Assembly: GCA_963820825.1 (NCBI GenBank)
Contig: CAWGBN010000002.1
Location: 128,001-192,000, forward strand
Source: Vulcanimicrobiota bacterium
GTDB lineage: Bacteria; Vulcanimicrobiota; Vulcanimicrobiia; Vulcanimicrobiales; Vulcanimicrobiaceae
Reading direction: 5' to 3'
Length of the DNA stretch: 64,000 nucleotides
The notes beneath the pieces were generated by a model, which was given only the letters and a program-made list of their open reading frames with translations, ran no database searches and was not told the origin of the DNA. The translations under genes and the position numbers were made by a program. Of this stretch, positions 40,245 to 48,900 are shown one piece after another (position 1 is the stretch's first letter; the number at the start of each line of letters is the position of its first letter).

Positions 40245-41036
40245 ATGCGGGTGTTTCTTACGCAAGAACTGCATGCACTCATTACGCGCGCCGAGATCGC
40301 CGGGATCCGAAGCAACGTTGCATCGATCCAACGACTCTACCCGCAGACGCATGCCGAGAGCATCGACGTCGCCGACGGAGTCGCCGCCTTTGCCGGCATC
40401 GATTCGCCTCTTTCGAAAGCCTTCGGCATCGGCGCGTTCGAGCCCGTAACCGGCGAGCAGATCGCGAGCGTTTCGGAGTTCTTCGAATCGCGTAACGTCG
40501 TGCCGCGCGTTTTCGTGACGCCGCTGAGCGCCCCGACGCTGGCCCGGGCATTGGCCGCCGCCGGCTATGCGCCCGTCGAGTACGACAGCGTAATGGTCGC
40601 CGTCGCGCCGGAACGTCACGGTCATCGCGACGCTCGAATCGCCGTTGCTGCTGATTTAAAGGCTTGGGCTCGCGCTTCCGTTGAGGGCTTCATCGCGCGA
40701 GACCGCATACATGACGACGCGCTCGCCCGGATCATCGGATCGTCGCAGGACGTCGTTCCACTCGAAGCACGCCAGAACGGTGAAATCGTCGCTACGGCGG
40801 CGTACAGCATGCGCGGCGAGTGTTCCGGGCTCTTCGCCGGATCGACGCTGCGCGAGTTTCGCAACCGCGGTTGGCAGCTCGCCATGATACGCGATCGCAT
40901 CGCTCGCGCACGCGACGCGGGCGCACGCGTTATATTTGCCGCCACAGCCCCCGCCAGCGTTTCCGAGCGCAACTTTCATCGCGCCGGTTTCGTCACGCTG
41001 TACACGCGTGCACGATGGGATCGCATACACGCGTAA
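40245..41036 (+). CDS. GNAT-fold acetyltransferase-like protein
   Basis: C-terminal GSTLREFRNRGWQLAMI..R, SVSERNFHRAGF. Confidence 0.78.
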   Translation: MRVFLTQELHALITRAEIAGIRSNVASIQRLYPQTHAESIDVADGVAAFAGIDSPLSKAFGIGAFEPVTGEQIASVSEFFESRNVVPRVFVTPLSAPTLARALAAAGYAPVEYDSVMVAVAPERHGHRDARIAVAADLKAWARASVEGFIARDRIHDDALARIIGSSQDVVPLEARQNGEIVATAAYSMRGECSGLFAGSTLREFRNRGWQLAMIRDRIARARDAGARVIFAATAPASVSERNFHRAGFVTLYTRARWDRIHA

Positions 41037-41082
41037 ACCACACTGCCATACATATGGCATAGCGGTATCATAGTATTGGCGC

Positions 41083-41592
41083 ATGAATGCAAGGAAGTTT
41101 CGCGGCTGGTGCCTGACTGATTGCGGTAACGCGATTAAACACGGGGCAACAAAATATTGCTCATTTAGATGCCTACAAGTGGCACGCAGTCAGGAACGCG
41201 TGCAGACCCTGGAGTCCGGGTTTTACGTTGCCCTTCAGGCAACGCGGTTTCTTCGCAGATACTTGATCGAACGTCTCGGCGAGAAGCGCACACGGTGCGG
41301 CTGGGCCGAGCGACATCCCACAACCAGAAACGTTCCTATCGAAGTCGAACACATCGACGGAAACTGGCAAAACTATAGGCTCGAAAATCTGACCTTGCTC
41401 TGCCCGAATTGTCATGCTCTAACCCCGACGTTCCGCAGCCTCAACCGGGGTCGAGGCAGGGCTCATCGACTCGGTGGCAGAGCGAACCCGATTAACGCTA
41501 GCGGCCAACCTGAAAGGCGGCGCGAGCGGGCGTCTAGGCAAAAGGTGTTCGAGGGACCCCTGATGCAACTGAATCTACTACCGCCGACGTAG
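41083..41592 (+). CDS. HNH endonuclease with N-terminal Cys motif
   Basis: EVEHIDGN..N..LENLTLLCPNCH; KYCSFRC; appears lower in GC than the flanks; stop codon falls inside the downstream tRNA. Confidence 0.85.
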   Translation: MNARKFRGWCLTDCGNAIKHGATKYCSFRCLQVARSQERVQTLESGFYVALQATRFLRRYLIERLGEKRTRCGWAERHPTTRNVPIEVEHIDGNWQNYRLENLTLLCPNCHALTPTFRSLNRGRGRAHRLGGRANPINASGQPERRRERASRQKVFEGPLMQLNLLPPT

Positions 41593-41667
41593 CCAAGTGG
41601 TTGAAGGCAATTGATTTGTAATCAATTCCCAGAAATGGGCACGTGGGTTCGAATCCCACCGTCGGCT
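41583..41667 (+). tRNA. tRNA-Thr(UGU) with long variable arm
   Basis: GCCGACG/CGTCGGC acceptor with U73; ATTGA-TTTGTAA-TCAAT anticodon arm; V-arm T-CCCA-GAAA-TGGG-CAC; GTGGG-TTCGAAT-CCCAC T arm. Confidence 0.9.
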
Positions 41668-41689
41668 CCGTTCGTTTTTTTGAAAGTAC

Positions 41690-42079
41690 ATGCAAAACGT
41701 AAATCCAAAGTGGTTGAAGTCGGGGCTCGTGCTCGTATGCGAGCGCTGCTTCAAAGAGCGTATCCCCGAAGAAGATCCCGACGCCGCCGAACGGATCGGC
41801 GACTTCCATCTTCGCAACTGGTTAAAAGATCGGCTCAAAGAAGACGGGCGATGGGGACCGATTCGTGCGATCAGTACGAGCTGCATGGACGTCTGTGCAC
41901 GCGGGCGGGTAACGCTCTGCATCGAGCCGCAAGACGGCGAAACGACGGTTATGGTCGTCGACCCCGTCGCCGATCGCGAAGCGATCTATCGCGAGATCGT
42001 CGCGCGGCTAAACGGTGGCGACAACGGCGCGTACCAGGGCGGCGCGGGCGAGGAGCCGAGTCGAGTCGAGCGTCGGTAA
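41690..42079 (+). CDS. Thioredoxin-like (2Fe-2S) ferredoxin-type hypothetical protein
   Basis: VLVCERC and TSCMDVC Cys motifs. Confidence 0.6.
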   Translation: MQNVNPKWLKSGLVLVCERCFKERIPEEDPDAAERIGDFHLRNWLKDRLKEDGRWGPIRAISTSCMDVCARGRVTLCIEPQDGETTVMVVDPVADREAIYREIVARLNGGDNGAYQGGAGEEPSRVERR

Positions 42080-42709
42080 CGATGAGTTCTCGTCGTTGAC
42101 GATGAGCGGGATCTCGGTGCAGCCGAGAACGACCGCGTCGCAGCCGGCGTCCTTCATCCGCTCGATCACGCGTTGGAAATACGCGGCCGCTTCCGGCTTG
42201 AAGGCGCCGTAAACCAAGTCGTCCATGATGATTCGGTTGATTTCAGCGCGCTCGTCCGAAGTCGGAAGCACGTACTCCCTTCCACGCGCCGACAACTTCT
42301 CCGGATAGACGTCGCTTTCGACGAGCCAGCGAGTCCCGGTCAGCCCAACGCGCCGAAAGCCGCGGCGCACCGCTTCGTCGGCGACGACATCGGCGATATG
42401 CAGCCACGGCAGCGGGGACCGCGATTCGATTGGCGGCAGCGCTTGGTGGATCGTATTGTCGGGACAGATGAGAAAGTCGGCGCCGATCGCCGCCAGCTTG
42501 CGGGCGGAATCCAGCATGATCTGGCCGACGCCCGGCCAGTCATCGCGATCCATGCACGCTTCGTACTCCGCGAACGACGGCGAGTGCATTGAAATCTCCG
42601 GGTGCGCGTGCGCGCCCAACAACTGGACACCTTCCGAACAAATCGTTTGGTAGCAGAGCGCGGCGCCCGGGGCCGAACACGCCACGATGCCGATATGGAG
42701 CGGTTTAAT
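42008..42709 (-). CDS. Aspartate/glutamate racemase family protein
   Basis: HIGIVACS, LICPDNT, LGCTEIP, LDST. The conserved N-terminal strand lies upstream of GTG 42685; possible ATT start near 42709. Confidence 0.85.
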   Translation of the reverse strand: MKPLHIGIVACSAPGAALCYQTICSEGVQLLGAHAHPEISMHSPSFAEYEACMDRDDWPGVGQIMLDSARKLAAIGADFLICPDNTIHQALPPIESRSPLPWLHIADVVADEAVRRGFRRVGLTGTRWLVESDVYPEKLSARGREYVLPTSDERAEINRIIMDDLVYGAFKPEAAAYFQRVIERMKDAGCDAVVLGCTEIPLIVNDENSSLPTLDSTRLLARAALVRAVVATV

Positions 42710-42732
42710 CGGACGTTCCGGGAAGCGGAACT

Positions 42733-42758
42733 GCCGCGCTAACTAAGGTTAGCGCGGC
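42733..42758. terminator. Strong hairpin downstream of sigH
   Basis: GCCGCGCTAAC-TAAG-GTTAGCGCGGC, perfect 11-bp stem. Confidence 0.55.
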
Positions 42759-42779
42759 TGCCGCGAGGCAAAGGATTGC

Positions 42780-42828
42780 GTCATGCTCGTCCTTCGAGAC
42801 GCGCGCCGCGCGCGCTCCTCAGGATGAC
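42780..42828 (-). repeat. REP-like palindromic element (CCTGAG...TCGAAGG type)
   Basis: Minus strand GTCATCCTGAGGAGCGCGCGCGGCGCGCGTCTCGAAGGACGAGCATGAC; a related element lies at 63467..63502. Confidence 0.55.
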
Positions 42829-42841
42829 ACATGGCGGCGAG

Positions 42842-43490
42842 CTACTGGAACTCGAACTCGGCGAGATTCTTTTCGATCTTCCGCTTGACGCGCTGGAGCG
42901 CGTTGTCGATGGACTTCACGTGACGCCCGAGATCGCGCGCCATCTCCTGATAGCTCTTGCCCTCGAGATACGATTCGAGCACCTGCGACTCGAGCTCCGA
43001 GAGATTCTCGTCGAATTCGCTGGCGGATGTCGTCGGAGACCTCCTGCGTTACGACGAGCTCTTCGGGGTCGGAGGTCTTCTGCGAAGCCATCACGTCGAG
43101 GAGCGTGCGTTCGCTGTCCTCGTCGTAGATCGGCTTGTTCAGCGAGATGTACTGATTGAGCGGAATATGCTTCTGCCGGGTCGCGGTTTTGATCGCGGTG
43201 ATGATCTGCCGCGTAATGCAGAGCTCGGCGAACGCGCGGAAGCTGGAAAGCTTGTCGGCCTTGAAGTCGCGCACCGCCTTGTAGAGACCGATCATCCCCT
43301 CTTGGATGATATCCTCGCGGTCGGCCCCGATCAGGAAGTAGCTCTTGGCCTTGATCCGGACAAAATTCTTGTACTTGTTGAGCAGGTACTCCATCGCAAG
43401 GTTATCACCGGTCTTGGCGATAGCGACCAAGTCCTCGTCGACTCTCTGCTGATATTCCACGCCATCCGAGACTGGATGGGTCATTGCCAT
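42842..43490 (-). CDS. sigH: RNA polymerase sigma factor SigH (Spo0H-like); one frameshift near 43010
   Basis: YFLIGADREDIIQEGMIGLYKAVRDF, SFRAFAELCITRQIITAIKTATRQKHIPLN. Region 4 (LSELESQVL..GKSYQEMA..KSIDNALQRVKRK) is in a shifted frame ending TAG at 42842. Confidence 0.93.
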
Positions 43491-43594
43491 AATTTTCTGT
43501 CTGCCTCGTGGGTAAGACGAGCCGCATGCGCAGGCCGCAGCCCGTCGGGCGCGGCACGTCGAGGCTAAGTATATAGGAGGGTCCCCCTCCCCCG

Positions 43595-44467
43595 TCAAGG
43601 ACGAAGCGAGCACTCTCCTTGTCTTAAGGCCTCGTAAATGAGAATAGCGGCGGCCACCGAGGCGTTGAGCGAGGCAACCCGCCCCCGCATCGGCAGTCTG
43701 ACCAGGTAGTCGCACTCGCGCCGGACGAGCTGGGAGAGCCCCGTATCCTCCGCCCCGATCACCAGGGCGAGTGGGCGCCCCAGGTCGGCCTTAGCGAGCT
43801 CTACCGCCTCGGGACCCGGGTCGGCGCCGACCACCCAGAGCCCGGCCTTCTTCAACGTCCGGATGGCATCGGCGATATTGGCGACGCGCGCGATCGGCAG
43901 ATGCGCGGCCGCCCCCGCGGCGGCTTTGCGCACCGTCGCGTTGACCCCGGCCGACCGGCGGTCGGGCAACACGAGTCCGGCCGCGCCGGCCGCCTCGGCG
44001 GTGCGAATGATCGCGCCGACATTATGCGGATCGGTTAAATGGTCGAGCACCACGACCAGACGCGGCACGCCGCCGCCGTCATTGCGGCGGGCGAGGATCT
44101 CGGGCAACGAAACGTATTCGAAGGGCGGACCGACGGCGACCACGCCTTGATGCGCTTTGAAGGGCAGTCGTTCGAAGAACGTGCGCCGTTCGAAACGCAC
44201 CGGAACCGCGCGCTCCTTCGCTTGCGCGAGCAGCGCTCGCAACACGTTGTCCTTGCTGCGATCCATGGCAACGTGCACGACGCGCAGCGGTTCGCTCGCC
44301 GCAAGCGCCTCACCGACCGTATGGACTCCGTAGATGAGATCGTCGAAATCCATCCGTCGCCCTTGCGCAGCACCGCTTCGCGGCGCGCTCGGGGTGACCG
44401 CGTGGCGGCCGCGCTTCTTTACGAAACCGCCGGGGCCGCGCTTCTTTACAGGGCGGCGACGTTCCAC
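43595..44467 (-). CDS. rlmB: 23S rRNA Gm2251 methyltransferase
   Basis: HQGVVA, LDHLTDPHNVGAIIRTA, IGAE..GLS, SLNASVA. Start GTG 44467 or ATG 44353. Confidence 0.93.
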   Translation of the reverse strand: MERRRPVKKRGPGGFVKKRGRHAVTPSAPRSGAAQGRRMDFDDLIYGVHTVGEALAASEPLRVVHVAMDRSKDNVLRALLAQAKERAVPVRFERRTFFERLPFKAHQGVVAVGPPFEYVSLPEILARRNDGGGVPRLVVVLDHLTDPHNVGAIIRTAEAAGAAGLVLPDRRSAGVNATVRKAAAGAAAHLPIARVANIADAIRTLKKAGLWVVGADPGPEAVELAKADLGRPLALVIGAEDTGLSQLVRRECDYLVRLPMRGRVASLNASVAAAILIYEALRQGECSLRP

Positions 44468-45897
44468 GTCGTGCCTTCCTTGGAATCCTTGACTTCGACG
44501 CCGCAGCGCGCGAGCGCGTCGCGAAACCGATCGGAGGCCGCCCAATCTTTTGCGCGACGCGCTTCGTCGCGCAGCGCGATCACGCGTGCGATCGCCTCTT
44601 CCGCCGATGCAGCGCCGATGGAGTGCCCAGCCGCTTCGATGCCGGCATCGCGCAGCGCCGCTTGCAGCCGCACGACGAAATCGAGAGCGAGTTCAGCGCG
44701 CGGCTCCTCGAGCCACGAATCGTTTGGCGCGACGCCGAGAATGCCGAGCCAATAGGCGAGATCCTCTCGGCTCGGCGTCGAGCGATCGACGGCGTCGTAG
44801 AGCACCGCGAGCGCGGCCGCCGTATTCATGTCGTCGTCAAGCGCCGCTTCCATCCGTTCGTCGAGCTCGGGCGACGCAACCGATTCGCCGTCGGTTGCCG
44901 GCGCGAGGCTTCGATATGCAGCCCTGATGCGCCCGAGGCCGAGCGCCGCCGCGGCGATCGAATCTTCGGTGAAGTTCATCACCTTTCGATAGCCCGTTTG
45001 CAGAAAGAGCCAGCGAAGGGCCTGCGGATCGTGCCGCTGCAATAGATCCGAGAGCGGTTCGAAATTGCCGAGCGACTTCGACATCTTGCGGCTGTCGAAG
45101 AGCAAGAGCCCGCCGTGAACCCAGACGTTCGCCATCGGCGGGCGCGCCATCAGCGGCTCGCTCTGAGCGATCTCGTTCTCGTGATGCGGAAAGATCAAAT
45201 CCGCACCGCCGCCGTGAATGTCGAAGCCGATCCCGCCCGGATCGAGCAACGCGCGCGCCATCGCCGAGCACTCGATGTGCCAGCCCGGCCGCCCGTCGCC
45301 GTACGGCTCGAACCCCCAGCGCGGTTCGCCAGGTTTGGCAAACTTCCAGAGTGCAAAATCGAGGGGATCTTCCTTATGCTCGTCGACTTCGATGCGCGCA
45401 CCCGCCTCGAGCTCATCGACGTTGCGGTTGGCGAGGCGGCCGTAGCGCGCAAAGGTTGAGACGCGATAGTAGATGCCGTCCTGTGCGGGATAGGCGTGAC
45501 CGCCGGCGATCAGCTCCGCAATCATCGTTTGAATCGGCTCGATATACCGGGTCGCGTAGGGTTCGTGATCGTAGGCGAGCACGCCGAGCTTGCGCATCGA
45601 ATCGGTGAACTCCGCATAGTACCGCTCGACGATATCGTGATAGTCTTCGCCCGTCTCTTTTGCCTCGTTGATGCTGCGGTCGTCGATGTCAGTGACGTTC
45701 TGCACGTACGTCACCTTGTAGCCGCGATGCATCAAGTAGCGGCGGAGTACGTCGAAGAAGAGAAACGAGCGGGCGTGGCCGAGGTGCGCCTGCGCCGAGG
45801 GCGTCAGCCCGCAGACGTAGATGCGGACGTCGCGGTCGCGCAACGGCTCGAACGCCTCGACGCTGCGCGTGCGAGTGTTATAAAGCTTGATCGGCAC
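44446..45897 (-). CDS. cysS: Cysteine--tRNA ligase
   Basis: YVCG, HLGH, GRPGWHIECSAM, FPHHENE, KMSKS. Confidence 0.97.
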   Translation of the reverse strand: MPIKLYNTRTRSVEAFEPLRDRDVRIYVCGLTPSAQAHLGHARSFLFFDVLRRYLMHRGYKVTYVQNVTDIDDRSINEAKETGEDYHDIVERYYAEFTDSMRKLGVLAYDHEPYATRYIEPIQTMIAELIAGGHAYPAQDGIYYRVSTFARYGRLANRNVDELEAGARIEVDEHKEDPLDFALWKFAKPGEPRWGFEPYGDGRPGWHIECSAMARALLDPGGIGFDIHGGGADLIFPHHENEIAQSEPLMARPPMANVWVHGGLLLFDSRKMSKSLGNFEPLSDLLQRHDPQALRWLFLQTGYRKVMNFTEDSIAAAALGLGRIRAAYRSLAPATDGESVASPELDERMEAALDDDMNTAAALAVLYDAVDRSTPSREDLAYWLGILGVAPNDSWLEEPRAELALDFVVRLQAALRDAGIEAAGHSIGAASAEEAIARVIALRDEARRAKDWAASDRFRDALARCGVEVKDSKEGTTWNVAAL

Positions 45898-45900
45898 CGC

Positions 45901-46611
45901 TCAGATAACCCAGCTCCAGGCTTCGTCTTCGGTCGCCTCGCCGTGTTCGAGCTCGCTCAAGCGCCGTTCGAGCTGCGCCAACTGCTGCTGCAGGCGCACG
46001 ATCGCGTCGGTCGTTGGGTCGGGCATGTCGACCTGCGGGCGTTCCGGGACGACGCGAATCGGCTTGCCGTCCTGCATCACGATGCGCGCCGGAACTCCGA
46101 CCACGGTTGCATTCGCCGGAACGTCTTTCACCACGACCGATCCGCCGCCGACTCTCGCGTTGTCGCCGAGAACGATCGCACCGAGCACGCTCGAGTTCAC
46201 GCCGACCACTACGTTACGCCCGAGCGTGGGATGACGCTTGCCGTGCGAGAGGCTCGTGCCTCCCAGCGTAACGCCTTGATAGATCGTGCATCCGTCGCCG
46301 ACCTCGGCCGTCTCGCCGATCACCACGCCGGAACCGTGGTCTATGAAGATGCCCTTCCCGATCGTCGCGCCGGGATGGATCTCGATCTGGGTGAAAAAGC
46401 GCGCGACGTTGGCGAAGAGACGCGGCAGAATCGGTATCTGCGCGCGGTGCAGCGCATGGTTGATCCGATGCGCGACGAGCGCGTGGAAACCGGGGTACGA
46501 GAGCACGACGTCCAGCCAGCCGCGCGCCGCCGGATCGCGTTCGAGGGGCGCGCGCAGGTCGGCCAGAACGTCGTCGAGCCAACTCCCGCCTTGAGCCGGT
46601 TGAGGGGTCAT
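45901..46611 (-). CDS. cysE: Serine O-acetyltransferase
   Basis: RDPAA, IEIHPGA, FIDHG, GVTLGGT, KRHPT. Confidence 0.96.
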   Translation of the reverse strand: MTPQPAQGGSWLDDVLADLRAPLERDPAARGWLDVVLSYPGFHALVAHRINHALHRAQIPILPRLFANVARFFTQIEIHPGATIGKGIFIDHGSGVVIGETAEVGDGCTIYQGVTLGGTSLSHGKRHPTLGRNVVVGVNSSVLGAIVLGDNARVGGGSVVVKDVPANATVVGVPARIVMQDGKPIRVVPERPQVDMPDPTTDAIVRLQQQLAQLERRLSELEHGEATEDEAWSWVI

Positions 46612-46658
46612 CGCCAACAGTTTAACCCGGGCGGTCAATCAAGGGCTGCATCCCACCC

Positions 46659-47135
46659 TTACTGCGACGCGAGCAGCGCGACGGCGTAGACCGCAAGACC
46701 GGTTCCGTCGCCGGTATAGCCCATGCCCTCGCTGCTCTTGGCCTTTACGCTTACCGCGCCGGCGGGCAGCCCAAGACGTTGCGCGACGTTTGCGCGGATG
46801 CGTTCGATGAACGGCGCGAGTTTCGGCCGTTCGACGACGATCGTTGCGTCGACGTTGCCGATCGAGTAGCCGGCGTCGCGAACGGCCGCTGCGCACTGCG
46901 CGAGCAGCTCCATCGAATCGGCATCTTTCCAGCGCGCGTCGGTGTCGGGAAATCGCGCGCCGAGATCGCCGAGCGCGGCCGCGCCGAGCAATGCATCGGC
47001 GAGCGCGTGCGCGAGAACGTCGCCGTCGGAGTGCCCGAGCGGTCCGCGCTCGAAGGGAATGCGCACGCCACCCAAGACCAGCGGCCGCCCCTCGGCGAGA
47101 CGGTGCGCGTCGAATCCGTGCCCCACGCGCATCAT
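46659..47135 (-). CDS. ispF: 2-C-methyl-D-erythritol 2,4-cyclodiphosphate synthase
   Basis: MRVGHGFDAH, GHSDGDV, DLGARFPD. ATG 47135 overlaps the ispD stop (ATGA). Confidence 0.95.
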   Translation of the reverse strand: MMRVGHGFDAHRLAEGRPLVLGGVRIPFERGPLGHSDGDVLAHALADALLGAAALGDLGARFPDTDARWKDADSMELLAQCAAAVRDAGYSIGNVDATIVVERPKLAPFIERIRANVAQRLGLPAGAVSVKAKSSEGMGYTGDGTGLAVYAVALLASQ

Positions 47136-47810
47136 GCTTGCAGGATCGCGGCGGCGCGTTCGACGTCGCCCGGCAGCGTTACTTTGAAGTTCTCGCTCGT
47201 CGCGGCAACGACGACGACCTCGATGCCGGCGCGCTCGAGCAACGCCGCGTCGTCGGTCGCTTCGACTCCCTCGCGCGAAGCGCGTTCGTGCGCTTCGCGC
47301 AGATTCTGGGAGCATCGCGAACTGCGGCGTCTGCGCGGCCCACAACCTTGCGCGATCGAGCGTCGCCTCGACGCGCCGCGATGCCGTTTCGACCCGCTTG
47401 ATCGTGTCGACGACCGGCGCTGCGAGCAGCGACGCGCGCCCCGGGCGCACCTCACTCATTCCGGCACGCACGTCCTCGGCCGTCACCAGCGGCCGCGCGC
47501 CGTCGTGCACGAGCACGGCGTCGCAGGCGTCCGAGACGGCCCGCACGCCTTCGTAGACGCTCTGCTGCCGGGTCGCGCCGCCCCGCACGACGCGGTTCGT
47601 GTGCTTCGCGGCGAGCTCGGCGAGGAGCGCGCGCATCGGCTCGAGCGACTCGGGCTCGGTCGCGACCACGATCTCCTCAACCTCCGCCATCGCCGCAAGA
47701 GTTCGCATCGACCAGCCGACCATCGGCATTCCGGCGAGTTCGATGAACTGCTTCGGCCGGCCGAATCGTGTGCCGTGGCCGGCCGCCACGATCACGGCCG
47801 CCCATTTCAA
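47132..47810 (-). CDS. ispD: 2-C-methyl-D-erythritol 4-phosphate cytidylyltransferase; one frameshift near 47310
   Basis: AAGHGTRF..PKQF, GGATRQQSV, VHDGARP, QTPQ. TDDAALLE and NFKVT are in the shifted frame (ORF 47132..47455). Confidence 0.93.
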
Positions 47811-48856
47811 GAGGCGACGCCTTCGCGCTTCGGCCGCGCGAAGATCATTCGTCCGGCAACGGTCTGCAGCACGCTGGTGACGATCACGTCGGTCTCTTCG
47901 CCGATCAGTCGCCGCCCGTGCTCGACGACGATCATCGTGCCGTCCTCGAGATAACCGACGCCTTGATGGAACTCTTTGCCCTCGCGAATCACCGCCACAT
48001 GCAGCTCTTCGCCGGGGAGGACGACGGGCTTTACCGCATTGGCGAGCTCGTTGACGTTGAGCACCGCGACGCCTTCGACGTGAGCGATCCGATTCAAGTT
48101 ATAATCGTTGGTCACCAGCTTCGCGCCGAGTTCCTGCGCGAGACGAACGAGCCGCGCGTCGACGTTTCCCGGCGCCATATCGGAGAAATCGCGCTCGCTG
48201 ATCTCGACGGTGGCGAGCTCTTGCAAGCGGCTGAGTACGTCGAATCCCCGCCGGCCGCGCATGCGTTTGAGCGGATCGACGGAGTCGGAGATTGCCTGGA
48301 GCTCGCGCAGAACGAAGCGCGGCACGATCAGCGCACCTTCGAGAAATCCGCTCTCGACGATCTCGACGATGCGTCCGTCGACGATCGTGGACGTGTCGAC
48401 GAGTTTGGCGATCCCGCCGCTCGCGCCTCCGGCCGCAGTTCGCGGAACCGGAACGATACGAATCTTCGCGCCGATCCGCGCGCCTAAGTACGCGGCAAAG
48501 ATTGCGACGATGAGATAGAGGACGATTGCGACGTAAGTCCCGGCACGCCCGAGATCGGAGATGAGCTCGAAGACGATGCCCTTGATGAGAAATGCGATCA
48601 GCAGACCGACGACGAGGCCGACCGCGCCGCCGGCAATCTCCGCGGGCGTGAGCCGTTCCATCGCGCCCTCCGCCTGGCGCAACTGATTCTCGAAGAGCGC
48701 CTGCGCGAGCGGCGCGAGCAGCGCGCCGACGATCGCTCCGACGACGGGTGAGAGAATCAGACACGCAACTTGCAACGCTTCGTTCGCAAAATGCGGTGAG
48801 AGAAGGCTGAAATAGGCTTCCCGGCCGAGCAGAAAGCCGGCAACCCCGAAGACCAC
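47807..48856 (-). CDS. PIN/TRAM domain membrane protein (YacL-like)
   Basis: N-terminal TMs, LVDTSTIVDGRI, TNDYNL, QGVGYLEDGTMIVVE, LQTVAGRMIFA. The frame continues upstream of 48856. Confidence 0.92.
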   Translation of the reverse strand: MVFGVAGFLLGREAYFSLLSPHFANEALQVACLILSPVVGAIVGALLAPLAQALFENQLRQAEGAMERLTPAEIAGGAVGLVVGLLIAFLIKGIVFELISDLGRAGTYVAIVLYLIVAIFAAYLGARIGAKIRIVPVPRTAAGGASGGIAKLVDTSTIVDGRIVEIVESGFLEGALIVPRFVLRELQAISDSVDPLKRMRGRRGFDVLSRLQELATVEISERDFSDMAPGNVDARLVRLAQELGAKLVTNDYNLNRIAHVEGVAVLNVNELANAVKPVVLPGEELHVAVIREGKEFHQGVGYLEDGTMIVVEHGRRLIGEETDVIVTSVLQTVAGRMIFARPKREGVAS

Positions 48857-48900
48857 GACGAAGGCGACGCGCAGGACCGTTTCCGAGAGCGCGTTAGGTG

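Noticed and set aside
41583..41667. Reading the long-arm tRNA as tRNA-Tyr(GUA)
   Set aside because: In the 7-nt loop TTTGTAA the central triplet is TGT. U73 and C2-G71 fit Thr, and a normal tRNA-Tyr exists at 38632..38716.
35010..41667. Prophage or integrative element at the tRNAs
   Set aside because: No integrase, transposase or phage genes, and I saw no duplicated tRNA 3' ends.
46659..47810. Bifunctional IspDF fusion suggested by the 383-aa ORF
   Set aside because: The conserved IspD C-terminus is in another frame, ending at a TGA that overlaps the ispF ATG; one extra base creates the apparent fusion.
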